Assembly (NCBI GenBank): GCA_965221955.1
Contig: CBDCTA010000025.1
Location: 1-11,173, forward strand
DNA length: 11,173 nt
Source: Gammaproteobacteria bacterium
GTDB taxonomy: Bacteria > Pseudomonadota > Gammaproteobacteria > UBA4575
Direction of reading: 5' to 3'
In this document: positions 1 to 10,001 of the stretch, piece by piece
How the letters are laid out: each line of letters begins with the position of its first letter
How positions within the stretch are numbered: position 1 is the stretch's first letter
Translations under genes and position numbers: made by a program
Notes under the pieces: generated by a model
Told to the model about the DNA's origin: nothing
Seen by the model: the letters and a program-made list of their open reading frames with translations, nothing else
Database searches by the model: none

Positions 1-646
1 GTTTTAATTTTGCTTCGGAACGTGTTTCTGCAATTTCTTCACGAAGCTCTATGGCTTGTTCTTCCAAGTTAACTTGCTTAAGCATGTCAAGAATCGCTTC
101 TGCACCCATGCGTGCATCAAACTCATCACCATATTCTTCAATCGCTTCAAGAAAAGTTTCATCTGAAAGAAGTTGCTTATGTTCAAGCCCTGTCATACCA
201 GGATCTACTACTACAAAGGCTTCAAAATATAGAATACGTTCTACATCACGCAGCGTCATGTCTAACAACAGACCAATACGCGAAGGCAAAGATTTTAAAA
301 ACCAGATATGTGCAACGGGACTGGCTAACTCAATGTGACCCATGCGCTCACGGCGTACTTTGGTAAGTGTGACTTCAACGCCACATTTCTCACACACCAC
401 ACCACGATGCTTGAGACGTTTATATTTTCCACACAAGCATTCGTAATCTTTATTTGGACCAAAGATTTTTGCGCAGAACAAACCATCACGCTCAGGTTTG
501 AAAGTTCGGTAGTTTATCGTTTCAGGTTTCTTAACTTCACCATAAGACCATGAACGAATCATGTCTGGCGATGCTAAACCAATACGTATTGAATCAAAGT
601 CTTCTACTTGTCCTTGATTCTTTAATAAACTAAGTAAGTCTTTCAT
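1..646 (-). CDS. rpoC: RNA polymerase beta' subunit, 5' part (runs off the left edge)
   Basis: Manual translation from ATG at 646 gives [64 protein letters not shown], followed by the Zn-binding C-x-C...CEKC segment. The same frame still reads as RpoC at the window edge. SD GGAGA at 651-655. It lies directly downstream of rpoB. Absent from the ORF track because its stop is outside the window. Confidence 0.98.
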   Translation of the reverse strand, partial: MKDLLSLLKNQGQVEDFDSIRIGLASPDMIRSWSYGEVKKPETINYRTFKPERDGLFCAKIFGPNKDYECLCGKYKRLKHRGVVCEKCGVEVTLTKVRRERMGHIELASPVAHIWFLKSLPSRIGLLLDMTLRDVERILYFEAFVVVDPGMTGLEHKQLLSDETFLEAIEEYGDEFDARMGAEAILDMLKQVNLEEQAIELREEIAETRSEAKLK

Positions 647-715
647 TATGTCTCCAGTAAACTACGTCTACTTTTAAAATTAATTCTTTATTTAAAACTA
701 AATTATGATTTTGAG

Positions 716-3700
716 TTAGGTTTCATTCTCAAAGTCAATATTCAGTCCTAAGGAACGAATTTCTTTCATCAATACATTGAACGATTCTGGCATACCGGCA
801 TCCATGCTGTGATTACCATCGACGATGTTCTTATACATCTTGTTACGTCCGGTAACGTCATCCGATTTAACCGTGAGCATTTCTTGTAAAGTGTACGATG
901 CACCATAAGCTTCAAGCGCCCATACTTCCATCTCACCAAATCGCTGACCTCCAAATTGCGCTTTACCGCCAAGAGGTTGCTGGGTAACGAGGCTGTATGG
1001 TCCGGTTGAGCGTGCATGCATTTTGTCATCAACCAAGTGGTTGAGTTTCAGCATGTGCATATAACCAACCGTTACTTCGCGCTCAAATGCTTCACCTGTG
1101 CGACCATCCCACAACTGGGTTTGACCATCTTCTGGCAGATCAGCAAGTTTCAACATTCTTTTAATTTCAGATTCTTGCGCACCATCAAATACAGGTGTCG
1201 CCATAGGCACACCTTTACGCAAGTTCTCGGACATGTTCATGATTTCATCATCACTGAATTCATCAAGATTAACGGAAATGCCTTCACCCTTATTGTAAAT
1301 ATCATCCAAGAATGAACGTAGTTGTTGAACTTCTCCGTTTTTCTTCAACATGCCATCAATTTTGAGACCCAAACCCTTAGCAGCCCAGCCCAGGTGCACT
1401 TCTAACACCTGTCCAACATTCATTCGAGAAGGAACACCTAAGGGGTTCAAAACGATATCCACTGGTGTACCGTCTTCCATGTGCGGCATGTCTTCGACTG
1501 GAACAATCATAGAAACAACACCTTTGTTTCCATGACGACCGGCCATCTTGTCGCCAGGTTGCATACGACGTTTCACAGCAAGGTAAACCTTAACCATCTT
1601 TAAAACGCCCGGCGCTAAATCATCACCAGCAGTAATTTTTTCTTTCTTTTCTAACAAACGTTGGTCAAATGATTCGCGCTGTTGTTTCAATTGATCAGAA
1701 AGTTTTTCTAATTGCGCATTCACATCTTCATTTTGCATGCGAATTTCAAACCAACGCTCGCGATCAAGACCATCTAAATAAGCTTTCGTCACTTTAGAAC
1801 CAGATGACAATCCGTCTGGACCACCGTCAGTGACTTTGTTGGTAATTAAACGCTCAATACGTGCGTAAATATCATCTTCATAAATACGCAATTGATCATT
1901 CAAATCTTGGCGAACTTGCTCAACTTCAGCTTCTTCAATTTGTAATGCACGTTTGTCTTTTTCAACACCATCCCGTGTGAAGACACGCACATCAATTACC
2001 GTACCTTCCATACCTGAAGGAACACGCAATGAAGTATCTTTTACATCTGAAGCCTTCTCGCCAAAAATTGCACGTAGAAGTTTTTCTTCTGGAGTAAGTT
2101 GCGTTTCACCCTTAGGCGTTACTTTGCCAACAAGAATGTCGCTCGGTTTTACTTCTGCACCTACATATACAATTCCAGAATCATCTAATTTAGCGAGTAA
2201 GTTTTCACTTACGTTTGGAATATCTGCTGTGACTTCTTCAGAACCCAACTTAGTGTCACGCGCCACACAACTGAGCTCTTCAATATGAATCGTAGTGAAA
2301 CGATCTTCTTCTACAACACGCTCAGAAATCAGAATAGAGTCCTCGAAGTTATAACCATTCCAAGGCATGAAAGCGACCAAGGCATTTTGCCCTAATGCCA
2401 ATTCACCTAAGTCAGTTGAAGGACCATCCGCCAATACATCACCACGCGCAATTACGTCACCTGGACGCACTAATGGCTTTTGGTTAATACAAGTGTTTTG
2501 ATTGGAACGAATATATTTAGTCAGATTATAGATATCGACTCCCGGCTCACCAGCTTCTGTTTCTTTATCATTGACACGTACTACGATACGGCCCGCATCA
2601 ACGGTATCCACTACCCCACCACGCCTTGAAGTGAGTGAAGCGCCTGAGTCAATGGCTACAGCACGTTCAATACCAGTTCCTACTAATGGCTTCTCAGCAC
2701 GCAAGGTAGGCACCGCTTGACGTTGCATGTTTGAACCCATTAATGCGCGGTTCGCATCATCATGTTCCAAGAACGGAATTAACGCAGCCGCAACCGAAAC
2801 GATTTGCTTCGGTGACACGTCCATATATTCAACTTTATCTGAAGGCGCCATTGAAAATTCATTCAGATGCCGCACAGAGGCTAACTCATTAATGAATTTT
2901 CCATTTTCATCTAATGGTGCATTCGCCTGCGCAATCGTGAACTGACTTTCTTCAATTGCAGATAAATATTCAATTTTATCGGTAACTTTTCCATCCACGA
3001 CTTTGCGATATGGCGTTTCTAAGAAACCATAATCATTGGTACGCGCAAAAATCGCGAGTGAATTAATTAACCCAATATTTGGACCTTCAGGTGTTTCAAT
3101 CGGACATACACGACCATAGTGTGTAGGGTGTACGTCACGTACTTCGAAACCTGCTCGTTCACGGGTTAAACCACCTGGACCTAAAGCAGAGATACGTCGT
3201 TTATGTGTAATTTCAGACAGAGGATTATTTTGGTCCATAAACTGTGACAATTGGCTCGAACCAAAGAATTCTTTAATTGCAGCCGCTACCGGTTTGGCAT
3301 TGATCATTTCTTGTGGCATCAACCCTTCGGACTCGGCCAAAGTTAAACGCTCTTTTACTGCACGCTCGACGCGCACAAGACCAACACGAAATGCATTTTC
3401 TGCCATTTCACCTACGCAGCGCACACGTCGATTACCGAGGTGATCAATATCATCAACAATACCGTTTCCATTACGGATGTCGATTAGTGTTTTCATAACA
3501 TCCAAGATGTCATCATTGCTTAATGTTCCTGAACCGGTTTTCTCTTCTCGTCCAACACGTCGATTGAACTTCATACGCCCTACAGGAGATAAGTCATAAC
3601 GCTCAGGAGTGAAAAATAAATTTGAAAATAAATTTTGCGCCGCTTCTTTTGTTGGCGGTTCACCTGGCCGCATCATGCGATAGATTTCAACCATCGCTTC

Positions 3701-4798
3701 TAATTCATTGCTAGAAGGATCTATAGATAAAGTCGAAGAAATATAAGGGCCTCTATCAATATCGTTGGTATAGAGTAATTCCAATACTTCGACAGATGAC
3801 TCTAAAATCTTTTCAATATTTTCTTCTGTAAGCTCATCATTTGCTTTGCAAACCAACTCACCCGTATCTGTATCGATCAGATCTTTTGCTAAAAATTTAT
3901 TTAGTAAATATTCAACCGGGACTTCTAAGGTTTTAATTCCTGCTTTTTCAATCTGGCGCACATGACGCACAGTAATACGTCTACCTGCCTCAACAATCGT
4001 TTTACCACTTGCTTTAATTTCGAATGGTGCAATTTCGCCGCGCAGACGCTCAGGAATTAAATCTAAAATGAAACCACTATCTGTAATACGCACAGTATTG
4101 GTATCGAAGAACATAGAAAGAATTTCTTCGCCACTATAACCAAGTGCACGTAATAAAATAGTCGCAGGTAATTTCCTACGACGATCAATTCGCACAAACA
4201 AACAATCTTTATGGTCGAATTCAAAATCTAACCACGAGCCACGGTAAGGAATTACTCTTGCGGAATAAAGTAGCTTTCCAGAGGAGTGAGTTTTACCTTT
4301 ATCATGATCAAAGAACACACCAGGTGAACGATGTAACTGCGAAACAATCACCCGCTCAGTACCATTGATTACAAACGCACCTGTGTCTGTCATGAGTGGC
4401 AATTCACCCATATAGACTTCTTGCTCTTTTACATCTTTAACTTTTTTAGAACCGGCTGGCGCATCTTTATCATAGATCACTAAACGCAACAGCACTTTCA
4501 AAGGAGCGTGGTACGTTAAGCCACGGAGTTGACACTCTTTTACTTCAAATGGCGGCTGTTCTAAACGGTAACTAACGTACTGTAATTCAACATTGCCAGA
4601 ATAACTAATGATTGGGAAAATGGAATTAAACGCACCATGCAATCCAGATGTTTGACGGTCTTCTGTCGAAACATCTTCTTGCAAAAACCGACGGTAAGAC
4701 GCCAGTTGAATTTGCAGCATGTAGGGAACGCCTAAGATTTCAGGTCGCTTGCCAAAATCTTTGCGAATTCTTTTCTTTTCGGTATAGCTATATGCCAT
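716..4798 (-). CDS. rpoB: RNA polymerase beta subunit (1360 aa)
   Basis: Intact ORF starting [17 protein letters not shown], with motifs [37 protein letters not shown] and [24 protein letters not shown] upstream. Confidence 0.99.
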   Translation of the reverse strand: MAYSYTEKKRIRKDFGKRPEILGVPYMLQIQLASYRRFLQEDVSTEDRQTSGLHGAFNSIFPIISYSGNVELQYVSYRLEQPPFEVKECQLRGLTYHAPLKVLLRLVIYDKDAPAGSKKVKDVKEQEVYMGELPLMTDTGAFVINGTERVIVSQLHRSPGVFFDHDKGKTHSSGKLLYSARVIPYRGSWLDFEFDHKDCLFVRIDRRRKLPATILLRALGYSGEEILSMFFDTNTVRITDSGFILDLIPERLRGEIAPFEIKASGKTIVEAGRRITVRHVRQIEKAGIKTLEVPVEYLLNKFLAKDLIDTDTGELVCKANDELTEENIEKILESSVEVLELLYTNDIDRGPYISSTLSIDPSSNELEAMVEIYRMMRPGEPPTKEAAQNLFSNLFFTPERYDLSPVGRMKFNRRVGREEKTGSGTLSNDDILDVMKTLIDIRNGNGIVDDIDHLGNRRVRCVGEMAENAFRVGLVRVERAVKERLTLAESEGLMPQEMINAKPVAAAIKEFFGSSQLSQFMDQNNPLSEITHKRRISALGPGGLTRERAGFEVRDVHPTHYGRVCPIETPEGPNIGLINSLAIFARTNDYGFLETPYRKVVDGKVTDKIEYLSAIEESQFTIAQANAPLDENGKFINELASVRHLNEFSMAPSDKVEYMDVSPKQIVSVAAALIPFLEHDDANRALMGSNMQRQAVPTLRAEKPLVGTGIERAVAIDSGASLTSRRGGVVDTVDAGRIVVRVNDKETEAGEPGVDIYNLTKYIRSNQNTCINQKPLVRPGDVIARGDVLADGPSTDLGELALGQNALVAFMPWNGYNFEDSILISERVVEEDRFTTIHIEELSCVARDTKLGSEEVTADIPNVSENLLAKLDDSGIVYVGAEVKPSDILVGKVTPKGETQLTPEEKLLRAIFGEKASDVKDTSLRVPSGMEGTVIDVRVFTRDGVEKDKRALQIEEAEVEQVRQDLNDQLRIYEDDIYARIERLITNKVTDGGPDGLSSGSKVTKAYLDGLDRERWFEIRMQNEDVNAQLEKLSDQLKQQRESFDQRLLEKKEKITAGDDLAPGVLKMVKVYLAVKRRMQPGDKMAGRHGNKGVVSMIVPVEDMPHMEDGTPVDIVLNPLGVPSRMNVGQVLEVHLGWAAKGLGLKIDGMLKKNGEVQQLRSFLDDIYNKGEGISVNLDEFSDDEIMNMSENLRKGVPMATPVFDGAQESEIKRMLKLADLPEDGQTQLWDGRTGEAFEREVTVGYMHMLKLNHLVDDKMHARSTGPYSLVTQQPLGGKAQFGGQRFGEMEVWALEAYGASYTLQEMLTVKSDDVTGRNKMYKNIVDGNHSMDAGMPESFNVLMKEIRSLGLNIDFENET

Positions 4799-4843
4799 GA
4801 AATTACTCCACGGTAAAAAATGTAGATGTCAAAATGCGCGAAC

Positions 4844-4883
4844 AAAAAACACCACTCAACGCAGACTTGCGCTGATAGGCATG
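4844..4883 (-). terminator. Intrinsic terminator/attenuator between rplL and rpoB
   Basis: The minus strand reads TGCC-TA-TCAGCGCA-AGTC-TGCGTTGA-GT-GGTG-TTTTTT, a stem-loop followed by a U-tract. This is where the rplL-rpoB attenuator is known in gammaproteobacteria. Confidence 0.7.
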
Positions 4884-4907
4884 GTTAAACACTAACGCGA
4901 GTAGCAA

Positions 4908-5288
4908 CTACTTGAGCTCTACTTCAGCGCCAGCTTCTTCCAATTGCTTCTTGATATCTTCTGCTTCGTCCTTGGCAGCGCCTTCCTTCACTGTAGAAGG
5001 TGCGCCCTCTACCATTTCCTTCGCTTCTTTTAAGCCAAGACCGGTAACCGCACGGACCACTTTAATGACAGCAACTTTATTGCCACCAAAACTACTCATC
5101 ACAACATCGAATTCATCTTTCTCTGCTGCTGCTTCACCACCAGCATCACCGCCAGCTGCAGGTGCCGCTGCTACAGCTGCTGCTGCAGATACACCAAATT
5201 TTTCTTCCATTGCAGAAATTAAATCTACAACTTCCATTACACTCATTTCCGAGATAGTTTCGAGGATGTCTTCTTTTGAAACAGCCAT
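4908..5288 (-). CDS. rplL: 50S ribosomal protein L7/L12
   Basis: [38 protein letters not shown], Ala/Gly hinge, C-terminal [20 protein letters not shown]...[19 protein letters not shown]. Confidence 0.99.
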   Translation of the reverse strand: MAVSKEDILETISEMSVMEVVDLISAMEEKFGVSAAAAVAAAPAAGGDAGGEAAAEKDEFDVVMSSFGGNKVAVIKVVRAVTGLGLKEAKEMVEGAPSTVKEGAAKDEAEDIKKQLEEAGAEVELK

Positions 5289-5347
5289 TTTTTTCTCCTA
5301 ATTAAATAAATTCCCAGTAAGTAACATTAAAACTTTGAAATTAAACG

Positions 5348-5878
5348 TTATCCTGCAGCTTGTTTTTGATCTCTAACCGCAGCAATAGTGCGAACCAGTT
5401 TTGCATGAGGCTCATTAAGCGTGCGCACAAATTTTTCAATTGGCGCTTTCATTACTGCCATTACTAAGCTAATTGCCTGTTCTTTTGTAGGCAAGCTAGA
5501 AAGCTTCGTGAGCTCTGAAGCATCAAACAATTCTCCACCAATGGAGATCATTTTTACCGCAAGCAAATCATTTTGTTTGGTGAAATCTTTAACAAGTCTT
5601 GCTGCTGAGCCTGGGTCTTCTTGCGAAAACGCCAGCATCAATGGACCAACCAAGCCTTCACTCATACATTCATATGGCGTACCTTCTAAGGCGCGCTTAG
5701 CTAATGTATTTTTTACAACTTTTAAATAAACACCCGTTTCACGCGCTTTGCTGCGTAATTCGGTCAGTTCACTTACGGTTAATCCTCGATACTCTGCTGC
5801 AATAGCAGAATGCGCATTTGCTGCAACTTGCGAGACTTCTGAAACGATTGTCTTCTTTTGTTCAAGTTGTAAGGCCAC
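5348..5878 (-). CDS. rplJ: 50S ribosomal protein L10
   Basis: L10 motifs AEYRGLTVSELTELR and VVKNTLAKRA. The likely start is GTG at 5878 (MALQLEQKKTIV), with SD GAGGA 7 nt upstream, rather than the ORF-track start at 5908. Confidence 0.97.
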   Translation of the reverse strand: MALQLEQKKTIVSEVSQVAANAHSAIAAEYRGLTVSELTELRSKARETGVYLKVVKNTLAKRALEGTPYECMSEGLVGPLMLAFSQEDPGSAARLVKDFTKQNDLLAVKMISIGGELFDASELTKLSSLPTKEQAISLVMAVMKAPIEKFVRTLNEPHAKLVRTIAAVRDQKQAAG

Positions 5879-6014
5879 AATTGGGTCCTCTGAGTTAACA
5901 ATACACACAAGGTGTCACAATAAACACGAACACAAAAAAGTTTAACGACTTAATGCATTCCCCTTAAAGTGCAACCAACTCAGGAAATTCATGTAGCATG
6001 ATCCTGATTTGGGA

Positions 6015-6126
6015 TACACAGTCTACGTAGGCTAAGCTTTCTCATTAAGCAACACATTTCAAATGTTGCACCTACGGTCTTGGACGGATGCTTTAAATTT
6101 TAATTACTAAATTTAAAACAACTCCC
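6015..6126 (-). promoter_or_regulatory. L10 leader (rplJ-rplL autogenous control RNA)
   Basis: The minus strand reads GGGAG-[hairpin]-TCCGTCCAAGACCGTAGGTG...CTTAAT...CCTACGTAGAC. This matches the conserved AGACCGYAGG/CCTRCGYAGA core of the L10(L12)4-binding leader upstream of rplJ. Boundaries are approximate. Confidence 0.88.
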
Positions 6127-6150
6127 AATTCTTAAAAAACCAATTCACTT

Positions 6151-6843
6151 TTAAACTAAAGCGCTTTGGTCCAAATTAACCCCAACGCCCATAGTTGAGG
6201 AAACAGTAACTTTTTTAATATAAACACCCTTTGCAGAAGATGGTTTGGCTTTTACTAAGTCCGCAACCAGTGCTTTTAAATTCTCTTCAAGTTTTGGTGC
6301 ATCAAACTGCACACTGCCTATCGAGCAATGAACAATTCCACCTTTATCGGTTTTAAACTGAACTTGTCCAGCTTTTGCGTTTTTCACTGCGCCCGCAACA
6401 TCGGCAGATACAGTTCCAACTTTAGGGTTTGGCATCAAACCACGTGGTCCTAAAATTTGCCCTAACTGACCCACTACACGCATCGCATCTGGTGCTGCAA
6501 TCGCAACATCAAAATCCATTTCGCCTTTTTTAACTTGCTCAGCTAAATCTTCAAGCCCAACTAGGTCCGCACCTGCTGCCTTCGCCGCCTCGGCTTGTTC
6601 ACCCTCTGCAAACACTGCAACACGGACATCTTTGCCCGTACCATTTGGCAAAACCGTCGAACCTCTAACTACTTGATCGGATTTTCTTGGATCGACACCA
6701 AGATTAATCGAAACATCAACAGACTCATTAAACTTTGCAGATGCACAATCTTTTACCAAACTAATACCTTCTGCTGGAGTATAAGCTTTCTCTAACTCAA
6801 CCTTTTCTAGTGCAGCACGATAGTTTTTTCCTGACTTCGCCAT
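6151..6843 (-). CDS. rplA: 50S ribosomal protein L1
   Basis: Motifs [44 protein letters not shown] and SSTMG. Confidence 0.99.
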   Translation of the reverse strand: MAKSGKNYRAALEKVELEKAYTPAEGISLVKDCASAKFNESVDVSINLGVDPRKSDQVVRGSTVLPNGTGKDVRVAVFAEGEQAEAAKAAGADLVGLEDLAEQVKKGEMDFDVAIAAPDAMRVVGQLGQILGPRGLMPNPKVGTVSADVAGAVKNAKAGQVQFKTDKGGIVHCSIGSVQFDAPKLEENLKALVADLVKAKPSSAKGVYIKKVTVSSTMGVGVNLDQSALV

Positions 6844-6846
6844 TTT

Positions 6847-7278
6847 TTATACTCCCTCTACTTCCAAACCCATACTGCGAGCACTGCCCGCAATAGTACG
6901 TACTGCAGCATCCATATCAGCCGCTGTGATGTCTGGCATTTTTGTTTTGGCAATTTCTTCAAGTTGTGCGCGATTTACTTTGCCAACTTTTTCTGTGTTA
7001 GGTCGACCACTACCTTTACTTAATCCAGCTGCTTTCTTAAGCAAAATGGAAGCGGGAGGTGTTTTGGTTATAAAAGTAAAACTCTTGTCGTTATACACAG
7101 TAATAACAACAGGAACAGGCATACCTTTTTCTAAATTTTGTGTTTTCGCATTAAACGCTTTACAAAATTCCATAATATTTACACCATGCTGACCCAGTGC
7201 TGGACCTACCGGTGGACTTGGATTTGCATCACTTGCAGGCACCTGCAACTTTATATATGCGTCTACTTTCTTTGCCAT
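6847..7278 (-). CDS. rplK: 50S ribosomal protein L11
   Basis: [15 protein letters not shown]...[27 protein letters not shown]...[10 protein letters not shown]. Confidence 0.99.
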   Translation of the reverse strand: MAKKVDAYIKLQVPASDANPSPPVGPALGQHGVNIMEFCKAFNAKTQNLEKGMPVPVVITVYNDKSFTFITKTPPASILLKKAAGLSKGSGRPNTEKVGKVNRAQLEEIAKTKMPDITAADMDAAVRTIAGSARSMGLEVEGV

Positions 7279-7338
7279 TGTCTTTAACTCTTAAGCTTTT
7301 TTAATTCTTATCTTCAAAATCTTTCTTGGAAATTTTTT

Positions 7339-7873
7339 CTAGCCTTTTTCAACTTGCCCAAATTCAAGCTCTACTGGTGTCGAGCGTCCAAAAATTTGTA
7401 CTGCAACCAGCATACGACTCTTTTCATAATTCACTTCTTCAACAACACCGTTAAAGTCATTGAAAGGACCATCGGTTACTCGCACTACTTCACCTGGCTC
7501 AAATAACACTTTCGGTTTCGGCGCATCCACACCTTCTTGCATACGCTGCAAAATATTTTGCGCCTCAGCCTCACTAATAGGCGCTGGCTTATCAGACGAA
7601 CCACCAATAAACCCTAAAACTTTTGGACAGTCTTTTACTAAATGCCAACTGTCATCATCCATCTCCATTTTGACTAATACGTAACCTGGGAAAAAACTTT
7701 CGCTCGCTACGACGTTTTTGCCCTTCGCGCATCTCTACAACTTCTTCAACAGGCACCATGATTTCGCCAAATTTATCTTGCATGCCATAGCGTTCAATTC
7801 GCTCACCCAATGAGCGCTGCACCTGGTTTTCAAATCCAGAATACGCGTGCACTACATACCATTGCATAGACAT
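7339..7873 (-). CDS. nusG: Transcription termination/antitermination factor NusG (one +1 frameshift at 7691-7696, probably a sequencing error)
   Basis: N-terminal [15 protein letters not shown]...SERKFF and C-terminal KOW domain ([18 protein letters not shown]...[17 protein letters not shown]) lie in two ORF pieces. Removing one T from the T6 run restores [13 protein letters not shown]. Confidence 0.95.
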
Positions 7874-7886
7874 CAATAAACTCGCA

Positions 7887-8255
7887 TCAAATTACGTACT
7901 GAATTAAGCCCGTTAAAATCCAGTCGATAAACCATAAAAATATGGCCAATATCAAAACCACTACAAACACTACTAAAGTAGTTTGCAAAGTTTCAGAACG
8001 TGTTGGCCAAACCATTTTGCGTACTTCAGTACGCGCATCTTGCATAAAGCTTGCCAGTGACCGACCACGCTCAGTCGTAAAAGCAATTACAGCTGCAACA
8101 ATTACAGCTGCTACGATTCCCAATACACGATATAGCTGCGGTTGGTCTGCATATATATAGAAACCAGCTAGCCCAGCTAGAACAATTGCTGCAGCAATTA
8201 CCAGCTTAAAGACATCCATGCCGCTTGCAGTTGTTGCTTCAGCTTTTCCAGTCAT
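7887..8255 (-). CDS. secE: Preprotein translocase subunit SecE (three-TM type)
   Basis: Three hydrophobic segments and the conserved [16 protein letters not shown] motif, immediately upstream of nusG. Confidence 0.97.
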   Translation of the reverse strand: MTGKAEATTASGMDVFKLVIAAAIVLAGLAGFYIYADQPQLYRVLGIVAAVIVAAVIAFTTERGRSLASFMQDARTEVRKMVWPTRSETLQTTLVVFVVVLILAIFLWFIDWILTGLIQYVI

Positions 8256-8313
8256 TTCTAAATATTTTACGTGTAGAGGTTACCCGTGAATTTCGCTCTG
8301 ATTTCACACATCG

Positions 8314-8389
8314 TGGCAGGCCAGGAGGGAATCGAACCCCCAACCTGCGGTTTTGGAGACCGCCGCTCTGCCAATTGAGCTACTGGCCT
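8314..8389 (-). tRNA. tRNA-Trp (CCA)
   Basis: AGGCCAGTAGCTCAATTGGCAGAGCGGCGGTCTCCAAAACCGCAGGTTGGGGGTTCGATTCCCTCCTGGCCTGCCA: 76 nt, cloverleaf, anticodon CCA, encoded CCA end. Confidence 0.98.
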
Positions 8390-8434
8390 TTAACCGACAA
8401 TGCCTTGCAATCGCCAAACAAGAAATTATAGCGT

Positions 8435-8440
8435 GATTTT
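8435..8440 (-). promoter_or_regulatory. Putative sigma70 -10 element for tRNA-Trp-secE-nusG
   Basis: Perfect TATAAT on the minus strand 45 nt upstream of tRNA-Trp. No convincing -35 at 16-18 bp spacing. Confidence 0.35.
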
Positions 8441-8510
8441 TCCGTCTAGATTGAATCTATTTTTAAGTAATCAAAAGAGATAGATACACCTTAAGAGATG
8501 AATTACTGTC

Positions 8511-8547
8511 TGGGCTAAGTTGTTTGATTTTTAAACCAACTTACCCA
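8511..8547. repeat. Imperfect inverted repeat downstream of tuf (possible terminator or processing hairpin)
   Basis: TGGG(C)TAAGTTG...CAACTTACCCA pairs with one bulge around an AT-rich centre. No clean U-tract on the minus strand. Confidence 0.4.
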
Positions 8548-8576
8548 AGCGCTTAAGCCTTTTTGATGCGGTTTTC

Positions 8577-8609
8577 CTACTCAATAATCTTAGCGACCAC
8601 GCCTGCACC
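8577..8609 (-). repeat. Orphan duplicate of the last 11 codons of tuf (GAGVVAKIIE*)
   Basis: GGT GCA GGC GTG GTC GCT AAG ATT ATT GAG TAG lies 17 nt after the tuf stop. It encodes the same peptide as 8627-8661, with 6 synonymous differences. Confidence 0.9.
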
Positions 8610-8626
8610 TGCCGGTGCACGTTGTT

Positions 8627-9823
8627 CTATTCTATAATCTTGGCTACGACCTCCTGCAACCGACCGTACGTCCACCTTCTCGAATCGCAAAGCGTAAGCC
8701 TTCGTCCATCGCAATCGGGGCGATCATGGAGACGGTCATCTTGACGTTGTCACCCGGCATGAACCATTTCGGTGCCTTCGGGAAGTTCACATGCGCCGGT
8801 TACGTCGGTGGTTCTGAAGTAGAACTGGGGACGATAGCCATTGAAGAATGGGGTATGACGTCCCGCCTTCTTCTTTGCTGAGGATGTAGACTTCGGCTTC
8901 GAATTTGGTGTGTGGGGTGATGCTGCCAGGTTTACATAGGACTTGGCCACGTTCGACTTCGTCGCGTTTGGTGCCACGTAGTAGTACGCCGACGTTGTCT
9001 CCGGCTTGGCCTTGGTCGAGTAGTTTTCTGAACATTTCGACTCCGGTACAGGTGGTGCTGGTGGTGTCTTTGATGCCAACGATTTCGATTTCGTCACCGA
9101 CGTTGATGATGCCACGTTCGATACGACCGGTTACTACGGTGCCGCGTCCTGAGATGGAGAAGACGTCTTCGACGGGCATGATGAAGTCGCCGTCGATGGC
9201 GCGTTCGGGTTCGGGAATAAAGGCGTCCATTTCTTCTACGAGTTTGACGATCGAGGGAATACCGATATCTGATGTATCGCCCTTCAAGTGCCTTTAGTGC
9301 GGATCCGGTTACGATGGGGGTGTCGTCGCCTGGGAATTCGTAGGTAGAAAGAAGGTCACGAATTTCCATTTCAACGAGTTCGAGGAGTTCGGCGTCGTCG
9401 ACTTGGTCGGCTTTGTTCATGTAGACGAGGATGTAGGGTACGCCTACTTGTCTGGCGAGTAGAATGTGTTCACGCGTTTGAGGCATGGGACCGTCTGCAG
9501 CACTCACGACAAGAATGGGCGCCGTCCATTTGGGCCGCACCGGTGATCATGTTCTTTACGTAGTCGGCGTGTCCGGGACAGTCGACGTGGGCGTAGTGTC
9601 GATTGGGGCTTTCGTATTCGACGTGGGCGGTGGCAATGGTGATGCCGCGTTCACGTTCTTCAGGAGCGTTGTCGATTTGGTCATAGGCTTTGAATTCGCC
9701 TCCGTGGGTCTCGCCCATGACTTTGGTTAACGCCGCCGTTAACGTGGTCTTACCATGATCCACGTGACCAATCGTGCCTACATTCACATGCGGTTTATTA
9801 CGCTCAAACTTCTCTTTCGACAT
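8627..9823 (-). CDS. tuf: Elongation factor Tu (six +1 frameshifts as given, probably sequencing/assembly errors)
   Basis: Motifs [52 protein letters not shown] and [15 protein letters not shown] are spread over several frames. Removing one base at each of 9517-19, 9280-82, 8862-64, 8762-63, 8658-59 and 8650-51 gives 1191 nt = 396 aa + stop, a normal EF-Tu length. SD GAGG upstream. Confidence 0.96.
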
Positions 9824-9879
9824 TTTCTTTTACCTCTATGACCTCGTTTTCAGTAGCCAATTCACTAACAAATTTTTAA

Positions 9880-9955
9880 TGGAGCCCACAGTCAGAATTG
9901 AACTGACGACCTCATCCTTACCATGGATGTGCTCTACCAACTGAGCTATGTGGGC
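9880..9955 (-). tRNA. tRNA-Thr (GGT)
   Basis: GCCCACATAGCTCAGTTGGTAGAGCACATCCATGGTAAGGATGAGGTCGTCAGTTCAATTCTGACTGTGGGCTCCA: 76 nt, anticodon GGT, CCA end. Confidence 0.97.
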
Positions 9956-9972
9956 AAATAAATATTGAGCGC

Positions 9973-10001
9973 ATTGTAAACGTTGAAATTATCTGTTGCA
10001 G
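9973..10001 (-). promoter_or_regulatory. Putative internal sigma70 promoter for tRNA-Thr-tuf
   Basis: The minus strand reads CTGCAA-17 nt-TACAAT followed by a GCGC discriminator, 17 nt upstream of tRNA-Thr. This layout is typical of stable-RNA promoters, although the -35 is weak. Confidence 0.55.

Noticed and set aside
3050-3290. Rifampicin-resistance substitutions in RpoB
   Set aside because: Cluster I ([25 protein letters not shown]) and GLINSL read as the sensitive consensus.
5879-5908. N-terminal extension of L10 (MCIVNSEDPI)
   Set aside because: An ORF-calling artefact. GTG at 5878 has a good SD and gives the canonical N-terminus.
8516-8536. IHF-like site TAAGTTGTTTGATT
   Set aside because: One base too long for WATCAANNNNTTR as given. 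It would fit only if a further +1 error is assumed, and there is no integrase or att context.
51-9730. Numerous plus-strand and alternate-frame ORFs of 60-130 aa (e.g. 51-338, 1953-2288, 4912-5301, 8905-9297)
   Set aside because: Shadow ORFs antisense to or overlapping conserved housekeeping genes, with no recognisable motifs.
8627-9823. Programmed frameshifting, an intron/intein, or elfamycin-resistance changes in tuf
   Set aside because: The six shifts lack slippery heptamers or stimulatory signals, the corrected length is normal, and the RQVG, EGGRH, RPQFY and FAIRE segments are consensus.
9915-9930. A at position 32 of the tRNA-Thr(GGT) anticodon loop
   Set aside because: Uncommon but, as I recall, found in other bacterial tRNA-Thr(GGU) genes. 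The rest of the cloverleaf is canonical.
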